DNA of 62,545 nucleotides, the filler included, from Choristocarpus tenellus KU-1152 (Eukaryota; Protista; Phaeophyceae), in the NCBI GenBank assembly GCA_964200185.2. It is 12 parts of 12 records of this genome, joined end to end, with 100 filler letters (N's around TTAATTAATTAA, not from the genome) between each part and the next. Parts side by side here need not be neighbours in the genome. Positions count along the whole stretch, not along the records: positions 46,676 to 49,411 come from CAXNAD020025191.1; positions 49,512 to 53,610 come from CAXNAD020016219.1; positions 53,711 to 62,545 come from CAXNAD020004276.1; 9 more parts are not named here. One strand, written 5' to 3'. Both the position numbers and the translations under genes were made by a program. Below the pieces are notes generated by a model. The model saw nothing but the letters and a program-made list of their open reading frames with translations, was not told the DNA's origin and did not search any database. This document shows positions 49,183 to 62,400 of this stretch, in pieces (within the stretch, counting starts at the first letter, position 1; every line of letters starts with the position of its first letter).

Positions 49183-50596
49183 GATGGCATTGTTCTAAAA
49201 CGTACTATTAATACTGCTTTATCTCTGCTTTAACGCCTACATGATAACAGCATGAAATATGCAACATACAATATACTATGCACCCACTACGAGGGCTCCT
49301 TTGATCCTCGTAGTTATAACCTCAACACCTTCGCGGTGGAAAGTCGGTGACTACGCAAGTAGCATTATCTCGACGAGTCATGCGTTTTAAGCTAGAGTCA
49401 CCAGGGAGATGNNNNNNNNNNNNNNNNNNNNNNNNNNNNNNNNNNNNNNNNNNNNTTAATTAATTAANNNNNNNNNNNNNNNNNNNNNNNNNNNNNNNNN
49501 NNNNNNNNNNNGGGAGGGGGGGTTTGACAGAGGTAGGTAATGCTGCCCCCCTCTTACACTTTGTATAGTAGGTTGTCAAACCAATGTCTGGTACATGTTA
49601 GGAGTCTACTTGAGGAGGAAGTGGTATGTTCTGTCCACATCTTCTTCTGACGTGGTCTAGCTGGATTTTGAATCTTGAGAAAGATGGGTCGTACTGTGGC
49701 TGAAATGCAATCTTGACCAAGTTTGGTATACTCTCTTACTTCCTTCTTACACAATAGTACTATCATCAGTCGTTTTTTCAGGTCATCTTTGTTGAACTAT
49801 TGTTGCTATCACCCGCAACATTTGTTTCAACCAGGCAACCAAAAATGTTGCTACAAGGAAACAGGGTATAAGCATGTTGGTACAGAAAAAAGAACTCAGT
49901 TCCTGCACACACATGGCCAGAATTCACAGTTCCCTGCATGGGGAGCAACCTCAAGAAGCTGCGCTTTCATTGAGGATCCTTAACCAAAGGGGTGGGGATA
50001 GGGGAGGGGGTGGACTGCTCTCTTCTATATGAAGCTAAAGAAGTGTTAATATCACCTCCTGTGACACAACTAAAATCCTTCTCTTGCCTCATAACCCTGA
50101 CCTGTACTAGATCATCCTAATAGTAATGTACGTATCCTACTGCACAGCTCCTACAAACAAAGCGAACCAACTTCAAGGGATTGAAACATAGAAGATTGAG
50201 GAAGTGTGCTAGAGCAGATGTATTACATTTTTGTTAACATACTTGCTGTCACAGCAGTAACATCCACACCTACATGTTACGGGCGAAAAACGGTATAAAA
50301 AGAGAACCGACCGGCTGTGGTTTCATCGCAACATTGCGCCATCACCGAAGTAATCTATTGCCACCTTTCTGCGCCCAGGAAGGGGGGATGGTTCAAGAGA
50401 TGCCATGCTCAATCCCTGGAAGGGATATGGGTCAAATGATCAGAGAAACCTCGCCACAAGACTCCCCAAACACCCACCAAAGTATCCAACTAAAATCATT
50501 TCAAGACGCCCCAAAAACACATCCACAGGGAAATTGAGTGTTGGAAGGGAATCTGCCTGCTTTTGTGATCTTCTTGCCCAGTATAATGATGAGGCT

Positions 50597-51971
50597 TCAG
50601 GGAGGCACAGCAACGCGTTTGAGCTGAAGGTCGTAGCGCAAGTCTGTTCCGGGCTTCACCAAGCACTCTCCATTTTCAAGGCAGATTCCCTTGTCACCAA
50701 AGCCGAGTTTAGCAGGCACAACCATTTGGACCTCTGCACCAGCCTTCGCGACATGGTGGAGGGAGGGGGTAGCATAGAAATAGGAAATTGAGTGAGGTGC
50801 TTAAGAGGTGATGTCTTCGTCTTGGGTCGATATTACTACCTATCACAACCCCAACCCTAGCAGTGTCAAGTTTAACGAAAGAAAGAGATAGGCAGCAAAG
50901 GAAGAATCTGTAACAAGTGCCTGCTTCAAGTCAATATATATTCTTAGGTTGGGTCGAAGGGTTCTCTGCATTGGCGAAAGCTTAAGAGCCATGAAACAGG
51001 AGTCTGTTGCGGAATAGGCCCAATGACTCCTTTGGTCTCCCTTCCCGTCCTCTGTCTCACGTTCATGAGTCGCAGAACCTCCTCCCACCCCGGGATCACT
51101 TGTTTTGAGCCTAGCTTGAAAGCAATGGGCTTTCGCCCTGGAGCACTGCTTGAGTCAAAGACCTTCCCGTCTGGAAGGTACCTTGATCGGATTGCAGGAA
51201 CAAAGTGTGATAGGAGGGTTGGTATTTCGTCGGCATCTCAATAGTAATCTGTTAAGGTCTTCTGGCGCCTTGTCGCTGTGCGAGTAAGTGGCGTTGATGT
51301 CGAGGCTAGTACGGGACAAGTTACTCATGCGTGGGAGGCGGGTAGGGCAAGACCAGACGAATGAATGAGAGAAGAATTCAGTGACTACGGAATCAAACTG
51401 TTTCAATTTGCTTTTTTAAGCCTTGTCTGTACCAAGTCTCACCCAGTGAACTCCACTACACAGTAGTCTCCATCTCTTGCAGTGGGTCCAGTACCCTCCT
51501 TGATCACGATAAACTTAACCCCTCCCTTGGTTTCAAACACTGGAAGACAGCGAAGAGAATCATACATCCAACAGTAGAAAGTAATTGTGGATGTCAATGC
51601 CTCGGTTACATTGGAGGTGAAAGACTTGTCTGGACAGTACCGACTGACTTTCTTGTAGGTACAAACTGAGTCAAGACACAAAATCATGAATTATTAGGCT
51701 GTGATTTCGAGAACGCCATATCACCTCTAGGCTTTGTTCCTGAGTCTGCGGCCACAGAAACTCTAGATCCCAGGGTGGAGAGACCCAGGGCACCAGCGGC
51801 TGTGAGGCTGGCGACCTCCAGAAAATCTCCACGGGACTGCATGTCAGACATGACTGCGTTACATCTCGTAGGAACTCCTGCTCGCGAAACCAGAGACGGA
51901 CAGGTAAAAGCCTCACCCATACGCACGATCGATAGGACGCCAAACGTCCATCCTACAATCCCGGTCCACAT
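50597..51971 (-). CDS. Plastid (probably thylakoid-lumen) FKBP-type peptidyl-prolyl isomerase, complete: exons 51971-51725, 51539-51443, 51181-51061, 50743-50597
   Basis: MWTGIVGWTFGVLSIVRMGEA-F (bipartite signal) ...SRGDFL + hydrophobic stretch, then VFETKGGVKFIVIKEGTGPTARDGDYCVVEFTG|YLPDGKVFDSS...FKLGSKQVIPGWEEVLRLMN|AGAEVQMVVPAKLGFGDKG...LVKPGTDLRYDLQL*. Phases 1, 2, 0 are consistent. Alternative upstream ATG at 52040. Confidence 0.93.
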
Positions 51972-52210
51972 TGCTGCAGCGGCAGAGAGTCCTTGAAACA
52001 CTTTACAACTCTCTGTTTGAACTTCACCTTCGTTGAGCATGTCACCTCTCGTGAGTTCGACATTCCAACATGTCCTCTCCCGCGCGCAAGTATTTCATGT
52101 TAAATATGTTATTCACATTTTTTTCTCCTTTTTTTTATGACAATTTGAATGAAAACTATTCACATCAATTTACTACTTTTATAACAGGTATACTACACCG
52201 ATCCTTGCTG

Positions 52211-52492
52211 TGCCTCTAGCCTACCTTAGTCAAGCAACCCAGGGTGAGAGGCTAGGCAAGCATCCCACGAATCTAACAAATCCCTCCTTGCTCATCTCCC
52301 TGGTGTCTCCAGCTTTAAACGCATGGCACGTCTGGAAAGGGCTACTTTGCGTTGTGACAGAAACTATCTGTCGAAGATGGGATTTGACAGCCCCTTCGTA
52401 ATATAGCCTTCTGTCCCTCTCCCCCCTACCATGCGCGTAGCTAATTCATCGAGAAAATTTTTCGCTTGCTTACAGAGGCGACCAAAACTTTC
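52211..52492 (+). repeat. Dispersed repeat, copy of 25161-25450, upstream of the FKBP gene
   Basis: Colinear similarity with 25161-25450. Confidence 0.8.
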
Positions 52493-55007
52493 CACAGGGA
52501 AGGTGTTGAGGTTGTAAGTACTACGAATTTTACTCCTTCGTCCTCAACACGAAAAAAAAAGGTGCCAGCATGAAACGCTATCATGTCTATTATCGTTAAC
52601 ACGTGATTGGAATTTGGAATTATCATCCTCGTTATCGAGTGGGTATTTTGGATCAGGTCATACGAGCAACATAGTTCCCTAATTCATGCAACGATGATTC
52701 TTTGTAGTTTTAAGTTTCTGAAATAGGGTATCAAAATGGTTGCAAATGCTCGGGAAAGTCGCTGCTCTTCGCCAGTGGTGGATACATTCCAGACCGCAGA
52801 TGGGCAAATGCGGAACGTCCAGCTTGAATTGAGGTAAGGGGAACTTCAAATGGACACGGCACAACCTAGAAAACGCATTCATCAGCCAGATCTCGAAAGT
52901 ATTCTATCAACGTGACTTAGGCTACTCTCGTTCAAGGGTATGATGACGACATGCCAGTACATGTATGTGCAATACGATTACAGCGAATAGGGGCACAAAC
53001 ACTCTATTGGGGACGGATATTGCAAACGAGGAGTATCGTGATGGGTGGAGCAGTAAAGTCCAAGATGATGTCTGCTGAGGGAGTCACTAGTGGAGTGGCC
53101 ACTGACCACCATACAGACATGGAAGCTGTTGAAGTATCCCACACTCGACCCACGGCTTTGATGCTTTAATGAAGGACAAAGAGTAGCTTAATGTAGATGA
53201 TGAGCAAAGTTAATATTACGGGGAGACTTATGGTCTCAATTCCGCAGACTATGTGGGTAAGACTATAGGCTTGAATACCATTATTACTTCTATAGTGTGG
53301 GGTTTTTAATCGTCCACACTATTTACTTTGAATCACTTATTTACTTGTCTTAAGTATAGAAAGTGTATCTTGAACATGATACAAAAATCAATCAACACTG
53401 TTAGTCAGTGCGTACAACATATCTGTCACTGGCTCTCCATCCTAATACATTATCCACCGGTGGTGTTTATGTGTATCAGCAGCACTATCTAAGAACAGAA
53501 ACCAGTCACACTATCGCCCATCGTTGAGAAGAATGCCATTGAGTGCCTGTCAGAGTCCCCCTTACTTTGCACTGAAAGCCAGAGCCTACAGTTTCAGAAG
53601 TGCAAACTCGNNNNNNNNNNNNNNNNNNNNNNNNNNNNNNNNNNNNNNNNNNNNTTAATTAATTAANNNNNNNNNNNNNNNNNNNNNNNNNNNNNNNNNN
53701 NNNNNNNNNNCCCCCCAAGATACTTTGAGCCTTTTTAGTAATGAAATCATCATGGGCTTGTCCTGCCTGCCTGGGCAGGCATATGATGCACAAGTAGCAT
53801 TGCTTAATGTTCGCACAATATATTAATTGACAGTGCTATTCTTGAAAGGTTTGGGTGATACGGAGACTGCTACTTCCTCTCCCAGAATTTAACCGTGCAG
53901 GTATTACACTAAACCTGAAATCCACTACGGATCACTGCTGTGAGTATTGTAGTATACTTGTTCTAAGAGTACAATTTTAAGTGTTGCACAATTTTTTGTT
54001 TTTGTGCATGTTATCTCACAGCTACATTGTGGAGATCTGATTCCAACAGACATTCCTCTATGCCAGAGTAACTGCTTTCATACTGGTGTAGTCAAATAAA
54101 GGACAAATGCTCTGTACTCAAGAACTCGTAATTATTCTAATAGCTTCATATCTAAACACTGGGAGAAGGGGAGATGCCACCATCAACAAAAGAAACTGTG
54201 GTCCAGTATCATCTAGATTATTTGCACAGCATAAACAGATCAACCCACGACATCAAGCACTCACAGAGCCTACTGATTTTTGGTGTGTAGGTTTAGAGTA
54301 GTCTTTTGATGTTGAAAAACGCAGTAAGCCATTGTGAAGGAGGAATATGCACGCTTGATTTATCGAGGACAGGGACCTGGGAATGCCACAAGGTGAAATT
54401 AGGTAGGGGGGGAATACAGGTGATTTTTGGTGCGAGGAGAGGCATAGTTATTCAGGTGGAAACATTTTGCTAAGACACCGTAAATTGGTTAGTCACACAC
54501 ACAAAGCAGTATTGAGTAGGAGAGATTCATATATTCACGTTTCTACCACACTCTGGAGTACATCATCACACTTCGTTGCAGATCTTGAATTATAAGAAAA
54601 AATAAGCAAAGTGCACTCAAACTACAGAGTCCAAGTCTAGAGAGAGGAGGAACAGTCCTTCGTGTAATATTTGCACCCTGTTTGCTCATTTGATGTGTAT
54701 TTTGTCCAAGCGTTCCTTGTCATATCTGGCCCTGTATTGCTAATATTACTGTCATGAATGCTGGTACGAGCTTAGAGGTAGTGGCTAAGGCTAGCTGGTA
54801 GGAGTCTTATTACGATGATATCCAAACTCACAGGATTCTGATCCATTTCCTCGTCCTCTTCAACCACAACCGAGTAGTGCCCATTGATGTTTCAAATTAT
54901 AAGTAGTTTCCATGCAGCGAAACTCTGGAGGTTGTGTTGCAGCCCAGCCATACTTACTTCAATATCAACCCCCTTACCTCCCCCACCACAATTTGACTTA
55001 TAAACAG

Positions 55008-58000
55008 GATGCTATCATTGATGAGGCATTCAGGGGCATCGGCATTGCGCTAGGATTTGCATTTATTATCCTGTGTATTGCAACTCGGAACTGGATTGTA
55101 TCTATGATCGCCATCATCACTGTCGGCTCCTTGGTAAGCTCATATTTTGCATAATTTCTGTCTGATTATGACACCTACCAACTGTGAGCATTAGCCTGTC
55201 TTGGAACAATAATACTCTGGAGGCTTAGCTTATATCTATACCTCTACTTTTACATGTGTGGACACGTAAAGCTTTCTTTCATTTTGGTCTTGCTGCCATG
55301 ATTGGCGTATCCTTCATTCTTTTGCCTCACTGTCATTTCTCATAACCTCCTTGACAATAACTTCCCTTGTTTGCCACATCCCTCCCCCACCTCTCTTGGT
55401 CTTTTTGTCACGCTTTGCAGGTGGGAGGGGTGGTAACATTCACGGTTCTGATGGGCTGGAAGCTGGGGATCCTTGAAGCCGTTCTGTTTGTCATGGTAAG
55501 ATCGAGGTCGAAGGTGTATGATATCAAGCTCGAGGTAGGAGAGGTTTGGAGTGATAGAGGTGGTGTGTAAAATATGTCTGGCACAGGATTCATCATTTGT
55601 ATCCCGATAGGTCCCTGGTGCACTTACGTTTCAAATGGTGGTTAGGTTGGTTGAGACCCCATGGACGGAGAGAAGACTGTTTGATTTACATCCAGTACCA
55701 CATTTGGGATGTCTTGTATCCTTTGTTGTTTATGTCTTGATATCGTCACAGTTCTGTGTCTTTTCAATTAATTATGGTAAATAGTAGAACTTCCTTGGAG
55801 CTATCAAGTTAAAATATATGGCAGGGTTTTGCTATATACTGTAGGTATAGTGTGTCACAGGGATCTTACTTACAGAATTGTTTCAATTTTGAATTTGTCG
55901 TATGCTACTGACGAATCTGAGGTCTTGTTCGTGCATGACTTCAAAGTCCTGTCATTTTTTGGAAGCACATTATAATGCCAACCGGTCTGTTTTTGAACCT
56001 TTCGATTGCAGAGCTTTATATGGGTAGTATACAATTACGTGCTGATGGCAAAGCTTCTCGCAGTCGAGCATTGGACTAATTCAAAGTGGTTGTCTTGTGG
56101 TTCAGCTACCTCATGCATTTCTGTATTGTTGCGTGGTAACAGTGAGAGCTTAACTTGCAGAATTACAGTCCGAATAACCAGCCCAACACTGACATAAATA
56201 GATTTGCCTATGATCATTGTTAATACGATGTAACTTGACAGGTGGTTGGGCTTAGTGTGGATTATACCATCCATCTTGCTGATGCCTATCTGGAGTCAAA
56301 GGGGGAGACCAGAGAAGATAGGACTAAGGACATGTTGAGCATCATGGGTGTTTCTGTTGTCTCAGGGTGAGACACGAAAACTGGTTCATCAGTACCTTTC
56401 TCTTTCACCCAGCACTCCACAACTCTACCATATACTAAATACCTGGCATTGTCACGCTTTGAAGCATTTCCCTCTATATTAATCAATTTCTATTCTTTGT
56501 CATAAGAGCTCTTATGTTGGGGCAATATTGAAGAATAGGTCAAGCTCTATACGGGGAGAAAGACCTCCTTATGGATGTTGCTTTCGTTGTAGAAATTCAA
56601 CCAGCCTGTCACTTCTACCATTCCGCCACTAGTAACGGTGTAGAGTTGCTACAGCAGCTGATGGACAAAAACACACCCACAATGAAGGATCTTTTGACCC
56701 CCGTATTTCTAAAACCTCAACACTTTCATAGTGGATAGTTTTGTGCGCCTTGGTAAGGAAGGAGAGATTTTCCTGGATGAGTCGGTCACCCATGTAGTAG
56801 GGGGGAGAGGGGCTGAGGGTTGTTGCAGGAGAGGTGCTGTTGTTGAGTCTCATTTGAGGCAGATAGTATCCATTGCTGCACAAGTGACTCTCTCGAGTTG
56901 TGAAATGCATTTCAAGCTAGAGACACTAGGCAGGTGGTCAAGAAGGGGCCTGATATAGGATGTATTCCTAGCTGCTTTTCCGCCTTCGTAGGGCTAACCC
57001 AGGTCAGAAGCACAGCGGTGTACTCATTATTTTGTAGAGAATCTTTCAAATAGGATATTGTCGGTGTGTTAGTTTCAAGTAGTAATTGTTAGAGATGTAA
57101 CAATATAGACGTGAACTGTTGTATTTACAGTAAGGAGTCCTTGTGTAACATAGGCTGGGTTTTCTCTGACACATCTCCAAAATGTCAGAGGGCATAATGA
57201 CATACATGTATAAGGAGTGGGTGGAACGATATGACAGCGAAAGAAACTTAGAACAGTTTGGAGTCTTGATTGTGTAACGTCATCGACATAAGTGCGTATT
57301 GGGGGTATTAATTATAGCGTCACACCAATCCGCTGGTACGGCACTTTCTGGTCACAGTGGATCTCTGATTCGTCCTCAAAATCAGTGGGTGGGTCGAATT
57401 TTTTGCTATATTTTCTTCCCTAGTACGGAGCAATTATGCTACACTAGACAATGCAAAGATTGCACCAACAAAATAAACAAGCATGCATTAAAAAAACACA
57501 CACACACACACATTCCCTTCAATTTTCGTGTAGCTTGAAGCACAGACGGCCTAAAGCACCACCATGTGTACTGTATGTCCATGTAAATGCGTGTGCTCCC
57601 ATCGATTTTTTGCAGTGCATTCTCAACTATTGGAGCTTGTGTATCCCTCCTCTTCGCCTACTTCACGTTCTTCCTAAAGTTTGGCACTGTCATCCTCTTC
57701 ATCATTGCGCAAAGCTTGGTCTTCTCCCTCCTGTTCTTCTCAGCGGTGAGAATTGTTGTTGTGTTTCTAATAATAGCTGTTTGGTAGTTAGTATGTGGGT
57801 GGAATCAGGATAATAAGCACATGCTGGAGTAGCTGTGGATACACCAATGTATCGACTTGCGGTCATTATTGTGGTAGACAGATATATTTCCACCTGATGT
57901 AGATTGAGTTACGAATAACTACAGCCTTATGCTAAGTACATAATAATGTCTAGATCTAACACACAATGTGCTTATATCATAAGGGAGCTTCCTAAGATGA

Positions 58001-59403
58001 CTGCTTATTTTCTAGAGCTCTAGGGAGAGAGAGGGAGTAGATAGTGCTTTATCGACTCTTTATTTTTTTGTACAAATTGCTCAGTGTTGATTTTGTTTCA
58101 CGTATTATACAGCAAAATCTGGGAAATATGTGTTGGCTATGATACGAAAAACCCACAAAATGAGCGCTACCCTTGTGCGTGATTATCCTTTCCTGTTACG
58201 GGTGCAATACAACAATTGCGAAAAAAGGTCTAGATCTCTGTTTCTTTCAGAGTAATACCAAATGAACAACAGTGGGGCCCTCGAGCACAGGAGCAAATGC
58301 ATTGGCGGCGTCCCTGTTGTTTGTTGTTGTATTACTATATTTGTTACTTCTACGTCGTACTACCTGAGAGATACACATTATTCAAATATAGGGATCCCCC
58401 AAAATGACCTTACGTATTTTGTACATCACGAAAATGATCTTAGCCCGATTGCATTCAATCATTTCGTACCTTCTGAAGTGATACCTTGGTTTTCGAAGCT
58501 TCTGTTAATGTTGTGCACAGAAAACATAAATGGGATGTATTGCACTGGGGTAAGGTGTCATATCAAACGGCTAAAAGAGGCACGACTCTCATTTAGAATT
58601 ACTATTTATCCCTCCCCTGTCAAGAACAAACAAATGTCAACAGGCAGAAATATAATTTCATGAGACTATATTATTGTCATAAATACTTGCAAGGTAAGAG
58701 TATATAGGTGTACTAGGGTACAAACTCTATTATGATATATTATTAAATATTAATGGCTAACTACTGAGAGGGAGAAGAAACCAGAGGAGAATATCAAGAG
58801 TATGCTGGGTGTATTAATTTGAGTAGACTGGAACAATGTGTTGGTCCTGCCCACACTCCTTAGTAGCTCATATTGAACCAGTTGCCCTTTCCACAATCTT
58901 GATGGAAACACACAATATGATGTGCAGTTAATTCAACCAGGTTCCTTTCAGGCGCTTCTTCTTGGACAGTACTCTAACTCTATACTTGTTGTGTGATCCA
59001 AGTACATAACAGTCAGTTACAGCTGGAGGGAGAGTTGTACTACAACAAGTTAAGCGTTTTTGTTTTTTTTACACATGCACAATATAGTATTAAGCAACCA
59101 ATGCTGTGCCTGACACCTCCACCTGCGCAGATGATGATAACATTAGGACCCGAGATTCCAAGATTTGGGGAAAATATCCGGAAAGGTCGGAAGGTGTTGA
59201 TCCGACGTTCATCCTCTTCCTTTTCCCTCCGAGAGGGTCGAGTGATGGGTGTGCAAGGGCGTGAGAAAAAGTGCAAGGTGTTACTAGATGAAAATAGGAA
59301 ATCCTTATGGAGGGCAGCAGGGGAGCATACTGAAGTTCTGATAACCAATTGCAGACTCAAGAACCAGCGCGGATCCATCACATGTTTTGGCAGATGTTGT
59401 TAG
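55008..59403 (+). CDS. Dispatched/Patched-like RND (MMPL/SSD superfamily) membrane protein, C-terminal TM bundle: exons 55008-55133, 55421-55495, 56242-56366, 57616-57745, 59131-59403
   Basis: GIGIALGFAFIILCIATRNWIVSMIAII...|...LMGWKLGILEAVLFVM|VVGLSVDYTIHLADAY...DRTKDMLSIMGVSVVSG|AFSTIGA...FFLKFG...FSLLFFSA|MMITLGP. GLSVDY (GxxxD) motif typical of Dispatched; phases consistent. Confidence 0.92.
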
Positions 59404-62400
59404 GAGATATTGTCGGAGAAAGCTCCTACATTATGTCAAATGAGATAGTCAATAGTAAGGAGGTGATGATATTGTTTTATCATAAGCAACCAGATTAAAG
59501 AGTTGCACTGAAGAACACCCTACCATACCCTCCTTACCCTGTGAGGGTGGGTGTTATTATTCGATCAGGTCTCATTTGCAATATCTAATTGTGAGGTTTA
59601 GTTTGAATTAGATCTTGCCGATTGCTCTATTTATTCTTTATTGTTGCCTAGCAGGGTAGATTTTTACCTATTTTTGTTTCCTCTCCCTCCTCTGAGTGCA
59701 TGCACCTGGATGGGTTGAATATGTCAGAAAAACGTATTGCTTTTATTTGTCACAGTTCCACCAACAACGCGAAGTTTTTATGTTTTTTATGGTCTGTCTG
59801 AATTCTGTAAGTGCTGATACTTAGAGCCACACCTGGGCACTTTCCAGATATGTTGTCCTTCGAAAGTACTAGGTACACCACAAATTCTATAATATACACA
59901 CATATACGAGACTGCAGGGTTGTCCTATCCAATGGTCATGGAACAGGTTGAGTGCACCCTGCCGAAAGCCATCAGATAAGGTTTATGCTATGAAGGGGAG
60001 GGTGTCGAATACTGTACTGCCATATACTGTGCATAGAGGCGACAATGCAAAACGATTATTGTTTAAGGCGTACATACACCTTGGAGAATATCAACCGTGA
60101 TGATATGTTCAAATGAGGTAACAGGAACATCTGTAGTTGGTGGCACTACCAGGCCTCAGCTGCAGCAACAGCGATACCATGGTTTGGTGACGATTATTGT
60201 AAATGGAAGTACACATAGATGGAATGTATTCCAGTATATTTTATCGTACTACATGGTATGGCCTCTGATATTTTTGAACACTTTTGTCAGTGAACACTCT
60301 ACTAACGGACAAGTGAAACTACCACTCACACATGCAATCTATTGCTGTGATTTGATACACCCACCCCATCCATGCTACTGTATGTCCTTCATATCAAATA
60401 TGTTTTCATGTGCGTATTTACTTGACCTTTTATCTGGTCTCTGTTGTGATGGTGGTGTATTTTTTTCCCTCCTCCCCTTCACATTTCTTATTTGTCGTAG
60501 AGATGCAATCCCTCCAAAATATAAAACGCACAATACTATCAAAATTATAGTCAAGAAACGTAGTCTCATTGAATAATTAATTTTGGAAGTATTTTTTTTC
60601 AGTTTACTACATAGTATGTGGAAGTGTCAAAGGTGTCAAGTTCTCTGCTCAAGGGGGCAATCACAATCACCGGACTGAAACTCCTTCACCTCAGAGGGTG
60701 AGACTGAGTTTCAAAGGTCTTGGCTCAACATCTCAGAACAGATAGATGAGGAAATCCAGCACAGACCAAAAATCTTACAACACAACAGATGTTCCCGAAT
60801 GACTGAGCAGGGTCACAGCAAAGAAATTAATCGGTCAGAATTGGAATGGTTCTTCGTTCTGATAGTTCATTTTGGCTGTTTGGCCAAATCCGGATGTTAT
60901 GGGTGGTTGGTTTATTGGACTGGTCGGTATGGATGGTTGGCGCGCGCAAATGTATATGACCGCGCGTCTTATGCATATGTGTGTGTCGGAGATCCCAAAA
61001 AAGGAACCTGTCCCTGACACATACAAGTAGTTGTATATTAAATTACAATCGCTTCTTACTTTTTTTCTTTAAATATTCCGCAATCCGTTTTTTTTTTCAT
61101 TCCTTCGCTTTGATCAACCACTATGTGAAAGTGTATGACATGCACTGAAGTATTAATATTAATAAAGTGGTACCAGTAGTTTCGCCCTCGGTGGCAATCT
61201 TATTTTTTTTCACCGTATGGTGCCAAGACTTATACAACAATATGTATATATCAAATGAAATCGTATGACAAGAGGTTTGGAAGGTTTTTATCCATGAATA
61301 TCCATCGAGGAAAGAGAGATATGTCCCCATCAAACAATGGCAAAAATGCGGGGGAACATTTCCGGCGCAATTTTGAAGGTCGCGACTTCAAAACGGACAA
61401 AAACGAAGTGGTTGGCTGAATTCCACGCAAAAACCTGTTGCGAGGTAGGTTACTGTCCAAGTTTGGCGGTACCAAGAAAAGAAGATTTGCGGACATCTTT
61501 TTAGCGCCATTTCGGACTTTCTGTGAGTACACACACGTGTGACGCACACAGCAACATGAACCATGATGGTGAGACAAGGAGAGCCGCCGAGGCCACTCTG
61601 CCTCCTGGATCTACCCTCGGCACCTTCTCTGTCGAGAGGTGACAGAAAAAGAAGTACCATGTAACAGTGCAATCAATGTTAGGCGATGAGAAAGTGCGAT
61701 TAGTGTGGCGCAGCAGAATTATCAAATCGCGAAATGGATCACGCGGCCACGACACTTACGCTGAGAGAAGATGCATGGAAAGCATTACCATGCGCAAACA
61801 TGGTTGGATCTTCAACCGCCTCGGAGCACTGCTCTGCAGTCTCTGCCGCCTTGGGATTGCAGGAAGAGAGCGGCGAGTCCATCACCAGGTGGTACACTGA
61901 CAAAGTCTGTGGGGAAGCCTGGTCACGGCGGGCGAAGGGAGAACCAGGGTGGCCGCCCGAAAGGAAGGTTGGGGAAGAGAGCAGTGTGACTGCGTGCCAT
62001 TGTGCTCAGGAAATGCCTAAGCGAAAACCCGGGTAGAATATCTTAGTGGTTGACAATTGCAGCAGGCCCTGACTGTTTGGGAGATATGCGAGGCGGAGTA
62101 GTTTAAGGAAACGAGAAAGAAAGTGTTAGGGTTGGGCTACAAGGGCTCTGAAGTCCGAAAGATGGTCGAAAGGGCTCGCAAGGTGGAGGAGAAAGTGATC
62201 GTAACAAAGGCGGCTGTGGAGACGTTTCGATACCACCAAATCCTTTACTTAGAAGAGGTCACAAAGCAGGTGGAGGTAGCCATCGACAAGGGACACCAAG
62301 GAAGGAGAGGAGGTGAGATTGAGACTATTTGCATACCAATGGTTTGGTGTCTCCCACTTCTGACAAGATGCCGTACATTCACTTTTGTTACTGGACTTGG

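Noticed and set aside
53901-54086. Two small upstream exons of the Dispatched-like gene
   Set aside because: AG/GT boundaries exist, but phase and similarity could not be established, so they were left out of the model.
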